This document shows positions 55,849 through 64,000 of a DNA stretch of 64,000 nucleotides, one piece after another. Position 1 is the stretch's first letter. Every line of letters starts with the position of its first letter. The translations under genes and the position numbers were made by a program. Location: NCBI GenBank assembly GCA_964611355.1, contig CAZSYD010000010.1, positions 1-64,000 on the forward strand, given 5' to 3'. The notes beneath the pieces are model-generated. The model did no database searches, was not told the DNA's origin, and saw only the letters and a program-made list of their open reading frames with translations. This DNA is from an uncultured Ignavibacteriales bacterium. Lineage in GTDB: Bacteria > Zixibacteria > MSB-5A5 > GN15 > JAAZOE01.

Positions 55849-57312
55849 ATGATGGATGATTACGGCAACCTGACCGGCGTCGATATAATAAGGCTGGTCG
55901 GGAAAAAAGAAATCAAAGCGGTCGAACTGGCCGAAGCCGCCCTGAATTTAGCTGAATCGGAAGGAAAACGTCTCAACGCCGTAATCACTGTCTGCCGTGA
56001 TAAGGCTATGGCTCAGGCCGGAAACGTCGACCGGATAGTCAAAAACGGGGGCAAGATCCCGCTTCTTGCGGGAGTGCCGGTTATCATCAAGGATAATATA
56101 GTATATTCCGGGTATCCGACCACCTGCGGCAGCCGCATCCTTGAAGGATATATTTCGCCTTATGATGCTACCTGCGTAAAGCGGCTGGAACAGTCCGGCG
56201 CAGTGATTATCGGCAAGGCCAATATGGATGAGTTCGCCATGGGTTCTTCCAACGAGACCAGCGCTTATGGAGCGGTCAAGAACCCAGTTTGCGATGGTCT
56301 CGTGCCGGGAGGATCATCGGGCGGGTCGTGCGCGGCGGTGGCCGCCGGAATCGTCCCGATCGCCTACGGTTCCGATACCGGCGGATCTGTCCGCCAGCCG
56401 GCAGGATTTTGCGGAGTGGTGGGATTGAAACCGTCTTACGGTGCTGTTTCGCGGTACGGGTTGGTAGCCTTTGCTTCTTCCACTGACCAGATCGGCCCGA
56501 TAGCGCGCAATGCTACCGATTGCGCCCTCGCTTATGAAGCCATAGCCGGATATGACGCTAACGATTCAACGTCGGTCAGATTCAATCACCCGGCCTATTC
56601 TAATGAAATTGAAAATGGAGACGACAGGAAATTTCGTTTTGGAGTACCCGAAGAATATTTTGCCGAGGGAATAGATACTGAGGTCAGGGCCTGTGTTGAA
56701 AAAGCGATTAAAAGGCTTGAGCGGGCCGGTCATCGAATCGTTAACGTATCCCTTCCGCATACTGATTTGGCTATTGCCGCATATTATATAATTGCCAATG
56801 CCGAAGCTTCATCGAATCTGGCCCGATTCGACGGCGTAAGGTACGGCTTTTCAGAAGGCCGCGATAAGGGATTATCCGAAATGTATTGCGAGACACGGGG
56901 TAAGGGATTCGGCGCCGAGGTGAAACGGCGCATCATGCTGGGAACTTTTGTTCTTTCGGCAGGGTATTACGACGCCTATTACCTGAAGGCTCAAAAGGTG
57001 CGTGAGATCATTCGGCGCGATTTTGAAAACCTGTTTAATAAGGCTGACCTGATGCTGTCTCCGACTTCGCCGACCGCCGCTTTCAGGCTGGGCGAAAAAC
57101 TGGATGATCCGCTCGAAATGTATCTCTCCGATATCCTTACTGTGCCTGCCAACCTTGCCGGTATACCGGCTATTTCTATCCCGTGCGGCAAAACCGCGGA
57201 CGGCCGTCCCGTTGGCCTGCAAATAACCGCGCCTGCCTTCGGCGAGGCTGATCTTTTGATCGCCGCACGGCAGGCCGAAAAATTAATGGGGTATCAAAAT
57301 GCCGATGATTGA
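55849..57312 (+). CDS. gatA: Asp/Glu-tRNA amidotransferase subunit A
   Basis: KDN, GKANMDEFAMGSS, GGSSGGS, GSDTGGSVRQP, SSNLARFDG, EVKRRIMLG. Confidence 0.97.
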   Translation: MMDDYGNLTGVDIIRLVGKKEIKAVELAEAALNLAESEGKRLNAVITVCRDKAMAQAGNVDRIVKNGGKIPLLAGVPVIIKDNIVYSGYPTTCGSRILEGYISPYDATCVKRLEQSGAVIIGKANMDEFAMGSSNETSAYGAVKNPVCDGLVPGGSSGGSCAAVAAGIVPIAYGSDTGGSVRQPAGFCGVVGLKPSYGAVSRYGLVAFASSTDQIGPIARNATDCALAYEAIAGYDANDSTSVRFNHPAYSNEIENGDDRKFRFGVPEEYFAEGIDTEVRACVEKAIKRLERAGHRIVNVSLPHTDLAIAAYYIIANAEASSNLARFDGVRYGFSEGRDKGLSEMYCETRGKGFGAEVKRRIMLGTFVLSAGYYDAYYLKAQKVREIIRRDFENLFNKADLMLSPTSPTAAFRLGEKLDDPLEMYLSDILTVPANLAGIPAISIPCGKTADGRPVGLQITAPAFGEADLLIAARQAEKLMGYQNADD

Positions 57313-57514
57313 TACCGGAGAAGTGAAACTCTATTACGACGAAAAGGGTTCGGGGAAACCCCTGATATTGCCGCATGGCTTCACTCTCGACAATATCAAA
57401 GGCTCAGAAATTGATATTGTGCCCGGCGCGGGGCATATGTTAAATATGGAAGCGCCCGACGGGTTTAATTCCAGGCTGGAACGGTTCTTTGATCGGGTTG
57501 AAGGGGATTTATGA
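57299..57514 (+). pseudogene. Alpha/beta hydrolase remnant with an in-frame internal deletion
   Basis: N-terminal LYYDEKGSGKPLILPHGFTLD joined directly to C-terminal IKGSEIDIVPGAGHMLNMEAP; no GxSxG nucleophile. Confidence 0.8.
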
Positions 57515-58083
57515 ATTATTTCGAGGTCCGTCAACGGCTGGCGGTTCTGGAGAAATTTCTTAGACTATATGGGGAATACCTTACTTTCACCAACCGGTTC
57601 AATAATCCCGCAGCGCAGATACTCCTGCAAAAGATGCGGCCGCTGGTTCCGATGACGATTGATTCCCTGCGCAACGCGGGAGTGGGGACAATCGTCGCCC
57701 GCGACGCGCCTTCGCGCGGGCAAAAGAAATATAAGATCAACATCATCAAGGCGATTTTCCGCGAATCGCTTATTCAACATTTCAGTCTTGAAGAGCAGGC
57801 GCCTCTGGACGCGATCGAAGCGGCCATGGTCAAATACCGTATGATGCGCAGCCGGGCTTTTTTGCAGTTGTTTAATCCTATCTTCTGGCTGGTGATTTTT
57901 ATCGGATACGCAGCCGAATCGCCGTTTATTCTGCTGCGCCAGTGCGGCTTTGAGGAAGTAAAGGATTTCAAAAAAACGGCGGCCGGACGTTTTATCAAGA
58001 TAATTGTCATGCTTTTGATTTTGATTATTTTGATTGAAGCTGTCGGTTTCAGGCGCTGGGTCTGGAATCTAATCGGCCTTTAA
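57511..58083 (+). CDS. Hypothetical membrane protein
   Basis: 190 aa, ATGA-coupled start, two C-terminal hydrophobic segments. Confidence 0.7.
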   Translation: MNYFEVRQRLAVLEKFLRLYGEYLTFTNRFNNPAAQILLQKMRPLVPMTIDSLRNAGVGTIVARDAPSRGQKKYKINIIKAIFRESLIQHFSLEEQAPLDAIEAAMVKYRMMRSRAFLQLFNPIFWLVIFIGYAAESPFILLRQCGFEEVKDFKKTAAGRFIKIIVMLLILIILIEAVGFRRWVWNLIGL

Positions 58084-58097
58084 CCTTCGGAAAATCG

Positions 58098-59546
58098 ATG
58101 GTGAGCGGGATAAAAGAATACGAACCTGTTATCGGCCTGGAAGTGCACGCTCAGCTTCTTACAGCCTCCAAAATGTTTTGCGGCTGCCGTGCGGAGTTCG
58201 GCGCGCCGCCGAACAGCCATACCTGTCCGGTTTGTCTGGGGCATCCGGGGGCGTTGCCGGTTTTGAATAAACGGGCTGTGGAGTATGCCGTCAAAATGAT
58301 TCTGGCTGTCGGAGGAGAAGTCAAATTTCATTCGGTTTTCGCCCGCAAGAATTATTTCTATCCCGACCTGCCGAAAGGGTACCAGATATCCCAGTACGAC
58401 CGGCCGATCGGCGTGGGGGGAAAGGTTCATATCGAGCTTGAAGATTATTCCAAAACCATCGGCATTGCCCGTATCCATCTCGAAGAGGACGCCGCAAAGC
58501 TGCTTCACCCCGAACATGGCGAAGGCGAAACCCGGATTGATTTTAACCGTTGCGGTATACCGCTGATCGAAATTGTTTCCAAACCGGATATTCGCACCCC
58601 GCGTGAAGCGCGCGCCTATTTGAATAAGCTGAAACAGGTACTGCGATATCTGAGTATTTGTTCGGGAGATATGGAAAAAGGCGCCCTTCGCTGTGACGCT
58701 AATGTTTCGCTGCGTCTCAGGGGAAGCGAAGGTTTCGGGATCAGGACGGAGTTGAAAAATCTTAATTCGTTTAAGGCGGTGGAAAAAGCGCTGACCTATG
58801 AGATAGAACGTCAGGCGGAAATACTGGAATCGGGCGGCGCCGTCAGCCAGGCGACGATGCTCTGGGATGAAAACAGGCAGAAGACCAGGCCGATGCGCGG
58901 CAAAGAGGAATCTGAGGATTATCGGTACTTTCCGGAGCCGGATCTGGTTAACCTTGAGATTGATAAGGAGTGGATCGACGATATTAAATTATCGCCTCCC
59001 GAACTGCCTGACGTTAAAATGAATAGAATCGTCAAAGAATATGGCATACCTCGTTATGACGCGGCCGTATTGACCGATTTGCCGGAGCTGGCCGATTATT
59101 TCGAGGCGGTGGCGAAGGGAGTCAAAGATAAAAAGCTGGCCTCCAACTGGGTCATGGTCGAGCTTTTGCGGGTGATCAGGGAGCGGAAGGCCGATATTCG
59201 ATCTTTTGCAGTCAATCCGGAAATGCTGGCGGAACTGTTGCAAAACATCGAATCAGGTATTATATCCCGAAAGATGGCCAGGGAGATTTTCGAGGAGATG
59301 GTCAACACAGGCAGACGGGCGGCGGCCATCATCGACAAGAAAGAATTGAGACAAATTACCGATAAGGATGAGTTGGTTTCCGCGGTTGAAATCATACTCA
59401 ATGCTCAAAAGGATCGGGTGGAAAAATATAAGGGCGGCAAAACCGCGCTGTTTGAATTTTTTGTGGGGCAGGTGATAAAAGAAACCGGAGGAAAGGCCGA
59501 CCCGCAAGTGGTCAGAAGTATTTTGAAAGAAAAACTGAATGGCTGA
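58098..59546 (+). CDS. gatB: Asp/Glu-tRNA amidotransferase subunit B
   Basis: VIGLEVH, RKNYFYPDLPKGYQISQ, HLEED, LRCDANVS, DYRYFPEPDL. Confidence 0.97.
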   Translation: MVSGIKEYEPVIGLEVHAQLLTASKMFCGCRAEFGAPPNSHTCPVCLGHPGALPVLNKRAVEYAVKMILAVGGEVKFHSVFARKNYFYPDLPKGYQISQYDRPIGVGGKVHIELEDYSKTIGIARIHLEEDAAKLLHPEHGEGETRIDFNRCGIPLIEIVSKPDIRTPREARAYLNKLKQVLRYLSICSGDMEKGALRCDANVSLRLRGSEGFGIRTELKNLNSFKAVEKALTYEIERQAEILESGGAVSQATMLWDENRQKTRPMRGKEESEDYRYFPEPDLVNLEIDKEWIDDIKLSPPELPDVKMNRIVKEYGIPRYDAAVLTDLPELADYFEAVAKGVKDKKLASNWVMVELLRVIRERKADIRSFAVNPEMLAELLQNIESGIISRKMAREIFEEMVNTGRRAAAIIDKKELRQITDKDELVSAVEIILNAQKDRVEKYKGGKTALFEFFVGQVIKETGGKADPQVVRSILKEKLNG

Positions 59547-60150
59547 TAAGGTCAGACTGGCGGTCTTTATTTCCGGTTCCGGCACAAATCTGCAATCGAT
59601 TATCGATAATTGTACAAGCGGCTTTATACCGGGCGAGGTGGCTCTGGTCGTCTCCAGCAAAAAAGACGTCTATGGCTTGGTGCGGGCCGAAAAGGCCGGT
59701 ATCGAAAGCGTAATTTATCGCCGAAAAAGTTTTCCTGACGGAAAAATCGCCGATGATTACCTTCTCGATCTTCTCGATAAATATAAAATCGATATTATCG
59801 CTCTGGCCGGTTATCTCAAGATGGTACCGCCGGTGGTTGTCGCCAGGTACCGGGGTCGTATCGTCAATATTCATCCGGCCCTTTTGCCTAAATATAGCGG
59901 GAAAGGGATGTACGGAATGAGTGTCCATCGGGCGGTAATCGAGGCCAAAGAAAAGGAATCCGGCGTAACTATTCATGCCGTAGATGAAGTCTACGATCAC
60001 GGCAGGATACTGGCCCGGGAAAAAGCGCCGGTGTTCCCGGAAGACACGCCGGAAGAATTGGCGGCGCGGATATTGAAAATCGAGCACACTCTATACCCAA
60101 AAGTAATCAGGGAACTATCCGAGGAAATACTGAAGGCGAAACGTCAATGA
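59539..60150 (+). CDS. purN: Phosphoribosylglycinamide formyltransferase
   Basis: [32 protein letters not shown]. Confidence 0.97.
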   Translation: MADKVRLAVFISGSGTNLQSIIDNCTSGFIPGEVALVVSSKKDVYGLVRAEKAGIESVIYRRKSFPDGKIADDYLLDLLDKYKIDIIALAGYLKMVPPVVVARYRGRIVNIHPALLPKYSGKGMYGMSVHRAVIEAKEKESGVTIHAVDEVYDHGRILAREKAPVFPEDTPEELAARILKIEHTLYPKVIRELSEEILKAKRQ

Positions 60151-61037
60151 GAGAAGTTCTGACGACTGGTATAACGGAATTTCCTCTCTATTCACGAGGG
60201 AAGGTACGTGACGTCTATGATCTTGACGATCGGTTGCTGATTGTTACCACCGACCGGGTTTCGGCCTTTGATATTGTCATGCCGAACGGCGTTCCCGGCC
60301 GCGGTATGGAACTGGTCGCAATTTCAATCTTCTGGTTCGATTTCCTTAAAGACATAATTGGCAATCACCTGATTACGGCCGACATAGAGCAATACCCGCC
60401 TGAACTGCATAAATATCGCGACATTCTGGAAGGCCGCTCAATGATTGTCAGAAAAGCGCGGCGAGTCGATATCGAATGTATTGTTCGCGGTTATATTTCC
60501 GGATCGTTCTGGAAAGAATACAAAATGGCGCGCGAAAAAGGAACCACGACGATTCACGGGTTCGCTCTGCCCGAAAATCTTAAGGAATCGGGCAGATTCC
60601 CGCGGGCGATCTTTACGCCATCGACCAAAGCCGAAGAAGGCCACGACGAAAATATCTCTTTTGATAAAATGGTCGATCTGGTTGGGCGGGAAACAGCCGA
60701 GCTTTGCCGCGATAAGTCATTGGCCGTTTACAATAAAGCGGCCGAATATGCCCTGACCCGCGGTATTATCATAGCTGATACCAAGTTCGAATTCGGGTTT
60801 GATGACGACGATTTAATCCTGATTGATGAAGCATTGACTCCCGATTCATCGCGCTTCTGGCCGGTTGACGAATACGAGGCGGGACATTCGCAGCCCTCGT
60901 TTGACAAGCAGATTATACGCGATTATCTTAGTATGCTGGATTGGGATAAAACCGAACCGGCGCCGGGACTTCCGGATGAAGTTATAAAAGAAACGCAGGA
61001 AAAATATCGGGAGGTAGTTGCCCGGTTAAGGCAATAA
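60147..61037 (+). CDS. purC: SAICAR synthetase
   Basis: [41 protein letters not shown]. Confidence 0.97.
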   Translation: MREVLTTGITEFPLYSRGKVRDVYDLDDRLLIVTTDRVSAFDIVMPNGVPGRGMELVAISIFWFDFLKDIIGNHLITADIEQYPPELHKYRDILEGRSMIVRKARRVDIECIVRGYISGSFWKEYKMAREKGTTTIHGFALPENLKESGRFPRAIFTPSTKAEEGHDENISFDKMVDLVGRETAELCRDKSLAVYNKAAEYALTRGIIIADTKFEFGFDDDDLILIDEALTPDSSRFWPVDEYEAGHSQPSFDKQIIRDYLSMLDWDKTEPAPGLPDEVIKETQEKYREVVARLRQ

Positions 61038-61119
61038 TAGGATTGTTGACAAACGACAAAATTGTCATCACCGTGGACTGGCTTCCGCAGTCGCAGGGAA
61101 AGATAACGAAGGGGAAAAA

Positions 61120-62694
61120 ATGCAGGATTTGATGAAGATAAAGCGAGCCCTGATTTCCGTATCGGATAAGACCGGTCTTGTCGAACTGGCCGGTAAGTTG
61201 AAAGATATGGAGGTGCAGATAATTTCCACCGGCGGTACTCTGGCCAAACTTAAAGAGGCGGATATACAGGCGATTTCGATTACCACCTTTACCGGCGCTC
61301 CGGAGATTCTCGGCGGTCGGGTAAAAACGCTTCATCCCAAGGTCCACGCCGGGATTTTATTTAGACGGGATAGCGAGGAACATCAGGCCGAGATGACTCA
61401 GCAGGAATGCAAGGGAATCGATCTGGTGGTGGTTAGTCTCTATCCGTTCGAACAGACCTTAGGTGACCCCGGCGCGAGTGACGTCGATAAAATCGAAAAT
61501 ATAGATATCGGCGGGCCGACCATGATTCGGGCCGCGGCCAAGAATTATGAATCGGTGGCGGTGGTAACCGGTCCGTCTGACTATGTCCGGATAATCGGGG
61601 AAATGGAGAAAAACGACGGCTGTCTTTCATACGCCACGCGGCGGCGGCTGGCCGGCAAGGCATTCGCATTGACGACTCGATATGATACCGCTATCGCCGG
61701 TTATTTTGCCGGATTACTGGAAGAAAAAAAGGCAGGAGAAGAAAAAGAGGGTATTGATCTTTCTTTTACAAAGATTCAAGACCTTCGATACGGTGAAAAC
61801 CCGCATCAGTCGGCGGCTTTTTATCGGTTGAAAAGATATAACGGTGTTACTCTGGCCGACGCCGTTCAGCATTCCGGCAAGGACTTATCATACAATAACA
61901 TAGCCGATATCGACGCCACTCTTGACATGATTCTGGAATTCGAGGAACCGTTCGCGGTGGTGGTCAAGCACGCCAACCCGTGCGGCGCGGCCGAAGCCGA
62001 CACGTTGACCGAAGCCTACCGGCTGGCGTATGAAACCGATCCTCTTTCGGCCTATGGGTCGATCATCGGTCTTAATCGGGTAGTAAATATTGATACCGCC
62101 AACCTTCTGCACCGGACTAAATTTATCGAATGCGTGCTGGCTCCGGGGTATTCCGATGAAGCGCTGGCTCTTTTACGAAAGAAAAAAGCCCGGCGGCTTC
62201 TGTCGCTGCCATCGATATTGGAAAATCTGCCCGCGCCGGATAAGGTCTATAAACATATTCGAGGCGGTCTTCTAACTCAAACTCCCGATAATATCGATCT
62301 TGACCGGGCCGGGATTACGATCGCGACCAAAAAGAAACCGACCGAAGCCGAGATGGAGTCTTTAATCTTCGGCTTCAAACTTGTCAAGCACGTAAGGTCA
62401 AATGCGGTATTGATTTGTCAGGGGAAGGCGGCGGTTGGTATCGGCATGGGACAAACCTCGCGCGTCGATTCATCGTTTTTGGCCGTTAAGCGAGCCGGAG
62501 ATCGGGCAATGGGCGGAACCTGCGCTTCGGATGCCTTTTTCCCTATGGCTGATGGTTTGGAAGTCGTTGCCGATAAAGGAGTCAAGGCTTTTATTCAGCC
62601 CGGCGGTTCAAAAGGCGACCCGGATGTGATTGCAGCCGCCGACCGAATGGGAGTCAGTATGGTATTTACCGGGATCAGGCATTTTAAGCATTAG
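61120..62694 (+). CDS. purH: Bifunctional AICAR formyltransferase/IMP cyclohydrolase
   Basis: ALISVSDK, GRVKTLHP, IDIGGP, LRYGENPHQ, KHANPCG, ASDAFFP, RHFKH. Confidence 0.98.
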   Translation: MQDLMKIKRALISVSDKTGLVELAGKLKDMEVQIISTGGTLAKLKEADIQAISITTFTGAPEILGGRVKTLHPKVHAGILFRRDSEEHQAEMTQQECKGIDLVVVSLYPFEQTLGDPGASDVDKIENIDIGGPTMIRAAAKNYESVAVVTGPSDYVRIIGEMEKNDGCLSYATRRRLAGKAFALTTRYDTAIAGYFAGLLEEKKAGEEKEGIDLSFTKIQDLRYGENPHQSAAFYRLKRYNGVTLADAVQHSGKDLSYNNIADIDATLDMILEFEEPFAVVVKHANPCGAAEADTLTEAYRLAYETDPLSAYGSIIGLNRVVNIDTANLLHRTKFIECVLAPGYSDEALALLRKKKARRLLSLPSILENLPAPDKVYKHIRGGLLTQTPDNIDLDRAGITIATKKKPTEAEMESLIFGFKLVKHVRSNAVLICQGKAAVGIGMGQTSRVDSSFLAVKRAGDRAMGGTCASDAFFPMADGLEVVADKGVKAFIQPGGSKGDPDVIAAADRMGVSMVFTGIRHFKH

Positions 62695-62707
62695 GCAAAC
62701 ATTGTGC

Positions 62708-62736
62708 TTGCAAAACCGGTTTTCTATACATAAATT
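62708..62736 (+). promoter_or_regulatory. Possible sigma70 promoter
   Basis: TTGCAA-N17-TAAATT. Confidence 0.4.
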
Positions 62737-62756
62737 ACTTATTAAACGGGCGTGAG

Positions 62757-63236
62757 GTGATGGTACACGAGAGAATTCTGGAAATTGTTGTCTACCTGGT
62801 GAGTCATCTGAGTGATCGCCGGGAGGGCCTTGGCAACCTGGATGAAATGTCAACCGACCTCCGCTCTATGGGTTTTACCGACAATGAAATTTCTTCCGCA
62901 TATAGCTGGTTGCTCAAGCATTTTGAAAACTATCCCAATGATTTTTCGGATCAAAATGACAGGACCGACAGTCGATCGGTGCGCGTTCTCTCCGAATATG
63001 AAAGAAAACTTATATCTGCCGAAGCGTACGGTTATCTTCTCCGACTCAGGCATCTGGATCTGATCACCGCCGCGCAGATGGAGATGATACTTGATCGCTG
63101 CATCTTATTCGATACCGACCCGCTCGATATAGATGATATAAAAATTATCGCCTCGGCAACCATGTTTGAGGTCGGTTCCGCCGATCTGCCTTACGCCATA
63201 TGGGTAGGTGATCCCGAAAGTGAACCGATCAATTAA
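62757..63236 (+). CDS. DUF494 (Smg-like) protein
   Basis: [35 protein letters not shown]. Confidence 0.85.
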   Translation: MMVHERILEIVVYLVSHLSDRREGLGNLDEMSTDLRSMGFTDNEISSAYSWLLKHFENYPNDFSDQNDRTDSRSVRVLSEYERKLISAEAYGYLLRLRHLDLITAAQMEMILDRCILFDTDPLDIDDIKIIASATMFEVGSADLPYAIWVGDPESEPIN

Positions 63237-63249
63237 TCGGTCGCTTCCG

Positions 63250-64000
63250 ATGCAGTTAACCAACTACAAAATAATCCTCGGTATCACCGGCGGTATCGCG
63301 GCCTATAAGTCGGCCTATCTGGCGAGATTGTTAGTCAAAGCAGGGGCCGAAGTGCGGGTCGTTATGACCGAGGCGGCCGTCAAGTTTATTACTCCTCTGA
63401 CCTTTGAATCGCTGACCAATCGCGAAGTAGCCGTAGAAATGTTTCCGGAGGGCAGATTCGTCAGCGCCCGTCATATTGCCCTGGCCGAATGGCCCGACCT
63501 TATAGTCGTCGCCCCGGCCACGGCCGATTTTATCGCTCAGGTAGCCAATGGGCGCTGTTCCTCGTTACTATCAGCGGTGCTGTGCGCTACTAAAAGAAAA
63601 GTAATCATGGCGCCGTCGATGAACGAAGGAATGTATGCCAACCCGGCCGTCCAGAGAAATATTTCCACACTGCGAGAATTCGGGTATTGCCTGGCTGAAG
63701 TTGGCGTGGGAGATATGGCCTGCGGTAGTTTTGGCCCCGGTCGTATGGCCGAACCGGAAGAGATATTTGAACTGGTGACCAAAGAGCTCAGAAGTGAAGG
63801 GTCTCTAAACGGGGAAAAGATCATAGTAACCGCCGGGCCATGCCGCGAAGCGATTGATCCGGTTCGTTTTATTTCCAATCGTTCCTCCGGCAAAATGGGC
63901 TTTGCCATAGCTTCCGAAGCCGAAAAGCTCGGAGGCGAAGTAACTCTTATTGCCGGGCCGGTCTCCTTGCCGGATCCGAGAGGCGTGAGGGTTATCAGTG
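63250..64000 (+). CDS. coaBC: Bifunctional CoaBC (5' part; runs off the window)
   Basis: Manual translation [20 protein letters not shown]...APATA...APSMN...GPGRMAEP...[24 protein letters not shown]. Confidence 0.95.
   Translation, partial: MQLTNYKIILGITGGIAAYKSAYLARLLVKAGAEVRVVMTEAAVKFITPLTFESLTNREVAVEMFPEGRFVSARHIALAEWPDLIVVAPATADFIAQVANGRCSSLLSAVLCATKRKVIMAPSMNEGMYANPAVQRNISTLREFGYCLAEVGVGDMACGSFGPGRMAEPEEIFELVTKELRSEGSLNGEKIIVTAGPCREAIDPVRFISNRSSGKMGFAIASEAEKLGGEVTLIAGPVSLPDPRGVRVIS

Noticed and set aside
61038..61119. ZMP/ZTP riboswitch before purH (GACTGGC present)
   Set aside because: No downstream CGCCTGGG pseudoknot partner, and too little space
1..64000. CRISPR arrays, IS elements, prophage, UGA-recoded selenoproteins
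   Set aside because: No repeat-spacer array, transposase or phage gene seen; genes ending in TGA look complete. Checked by eye only

Overview
A 64 kb chromosomal window from a diderm bacterium, with one 100-N scaffold gap at 1347-1446. Nearly all real genes are on the + strand. Gene content (SprA, PorU and PorV homologues, PEP-CTERM, Bat operon, Sel machinery, TTGACA/TANNNT promoters) suggests a deep-branching FCB-group lineage such as Zixibacteria; this is inference, not a database result. Gene order: HD-GYP protein, PEP-CTERM fragment, asparaginase II, tnaA, then a ~19 kb type IX secretion (T9SS)-like cluster (porU, an enlarged porV, M6 protease with T9SS CTD, two DUF5683-like paralogues, NHL lipoprotein, large barrel protein, Omp85, DGGGP-synthase-like UbiA). 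Next come a MoxR/DUF58/BatABCDE operon, a flippase-like gene, corA, tRNA-Sec, a PAS-LuxR regulator followed by a candidate sRNA, recG, DUF1844, murB, sprA, an M28/glutaminyl-cyclase-like gene, selA-selB-amidohydrolase, glnA, gatA, a collapsed hydrolase, gatB, purN, purC, purH, DUF494 and partial coaBC. Best leads: (1) a PorV with a ~640-aa insert (beta-propeller carrying three LysM-like modules) that is probably periplasmic, suggesting a cell-wall-tethered T9SS variant; (2) an unannotated structured RNA with C-rich loops behind a repeat operator downstream of the PAS-LuxR gene; (3) a tRNA-Sec with a 12-bp bulged acceptor/T arm. All assignments come from motifs read by eye; no searches were run.
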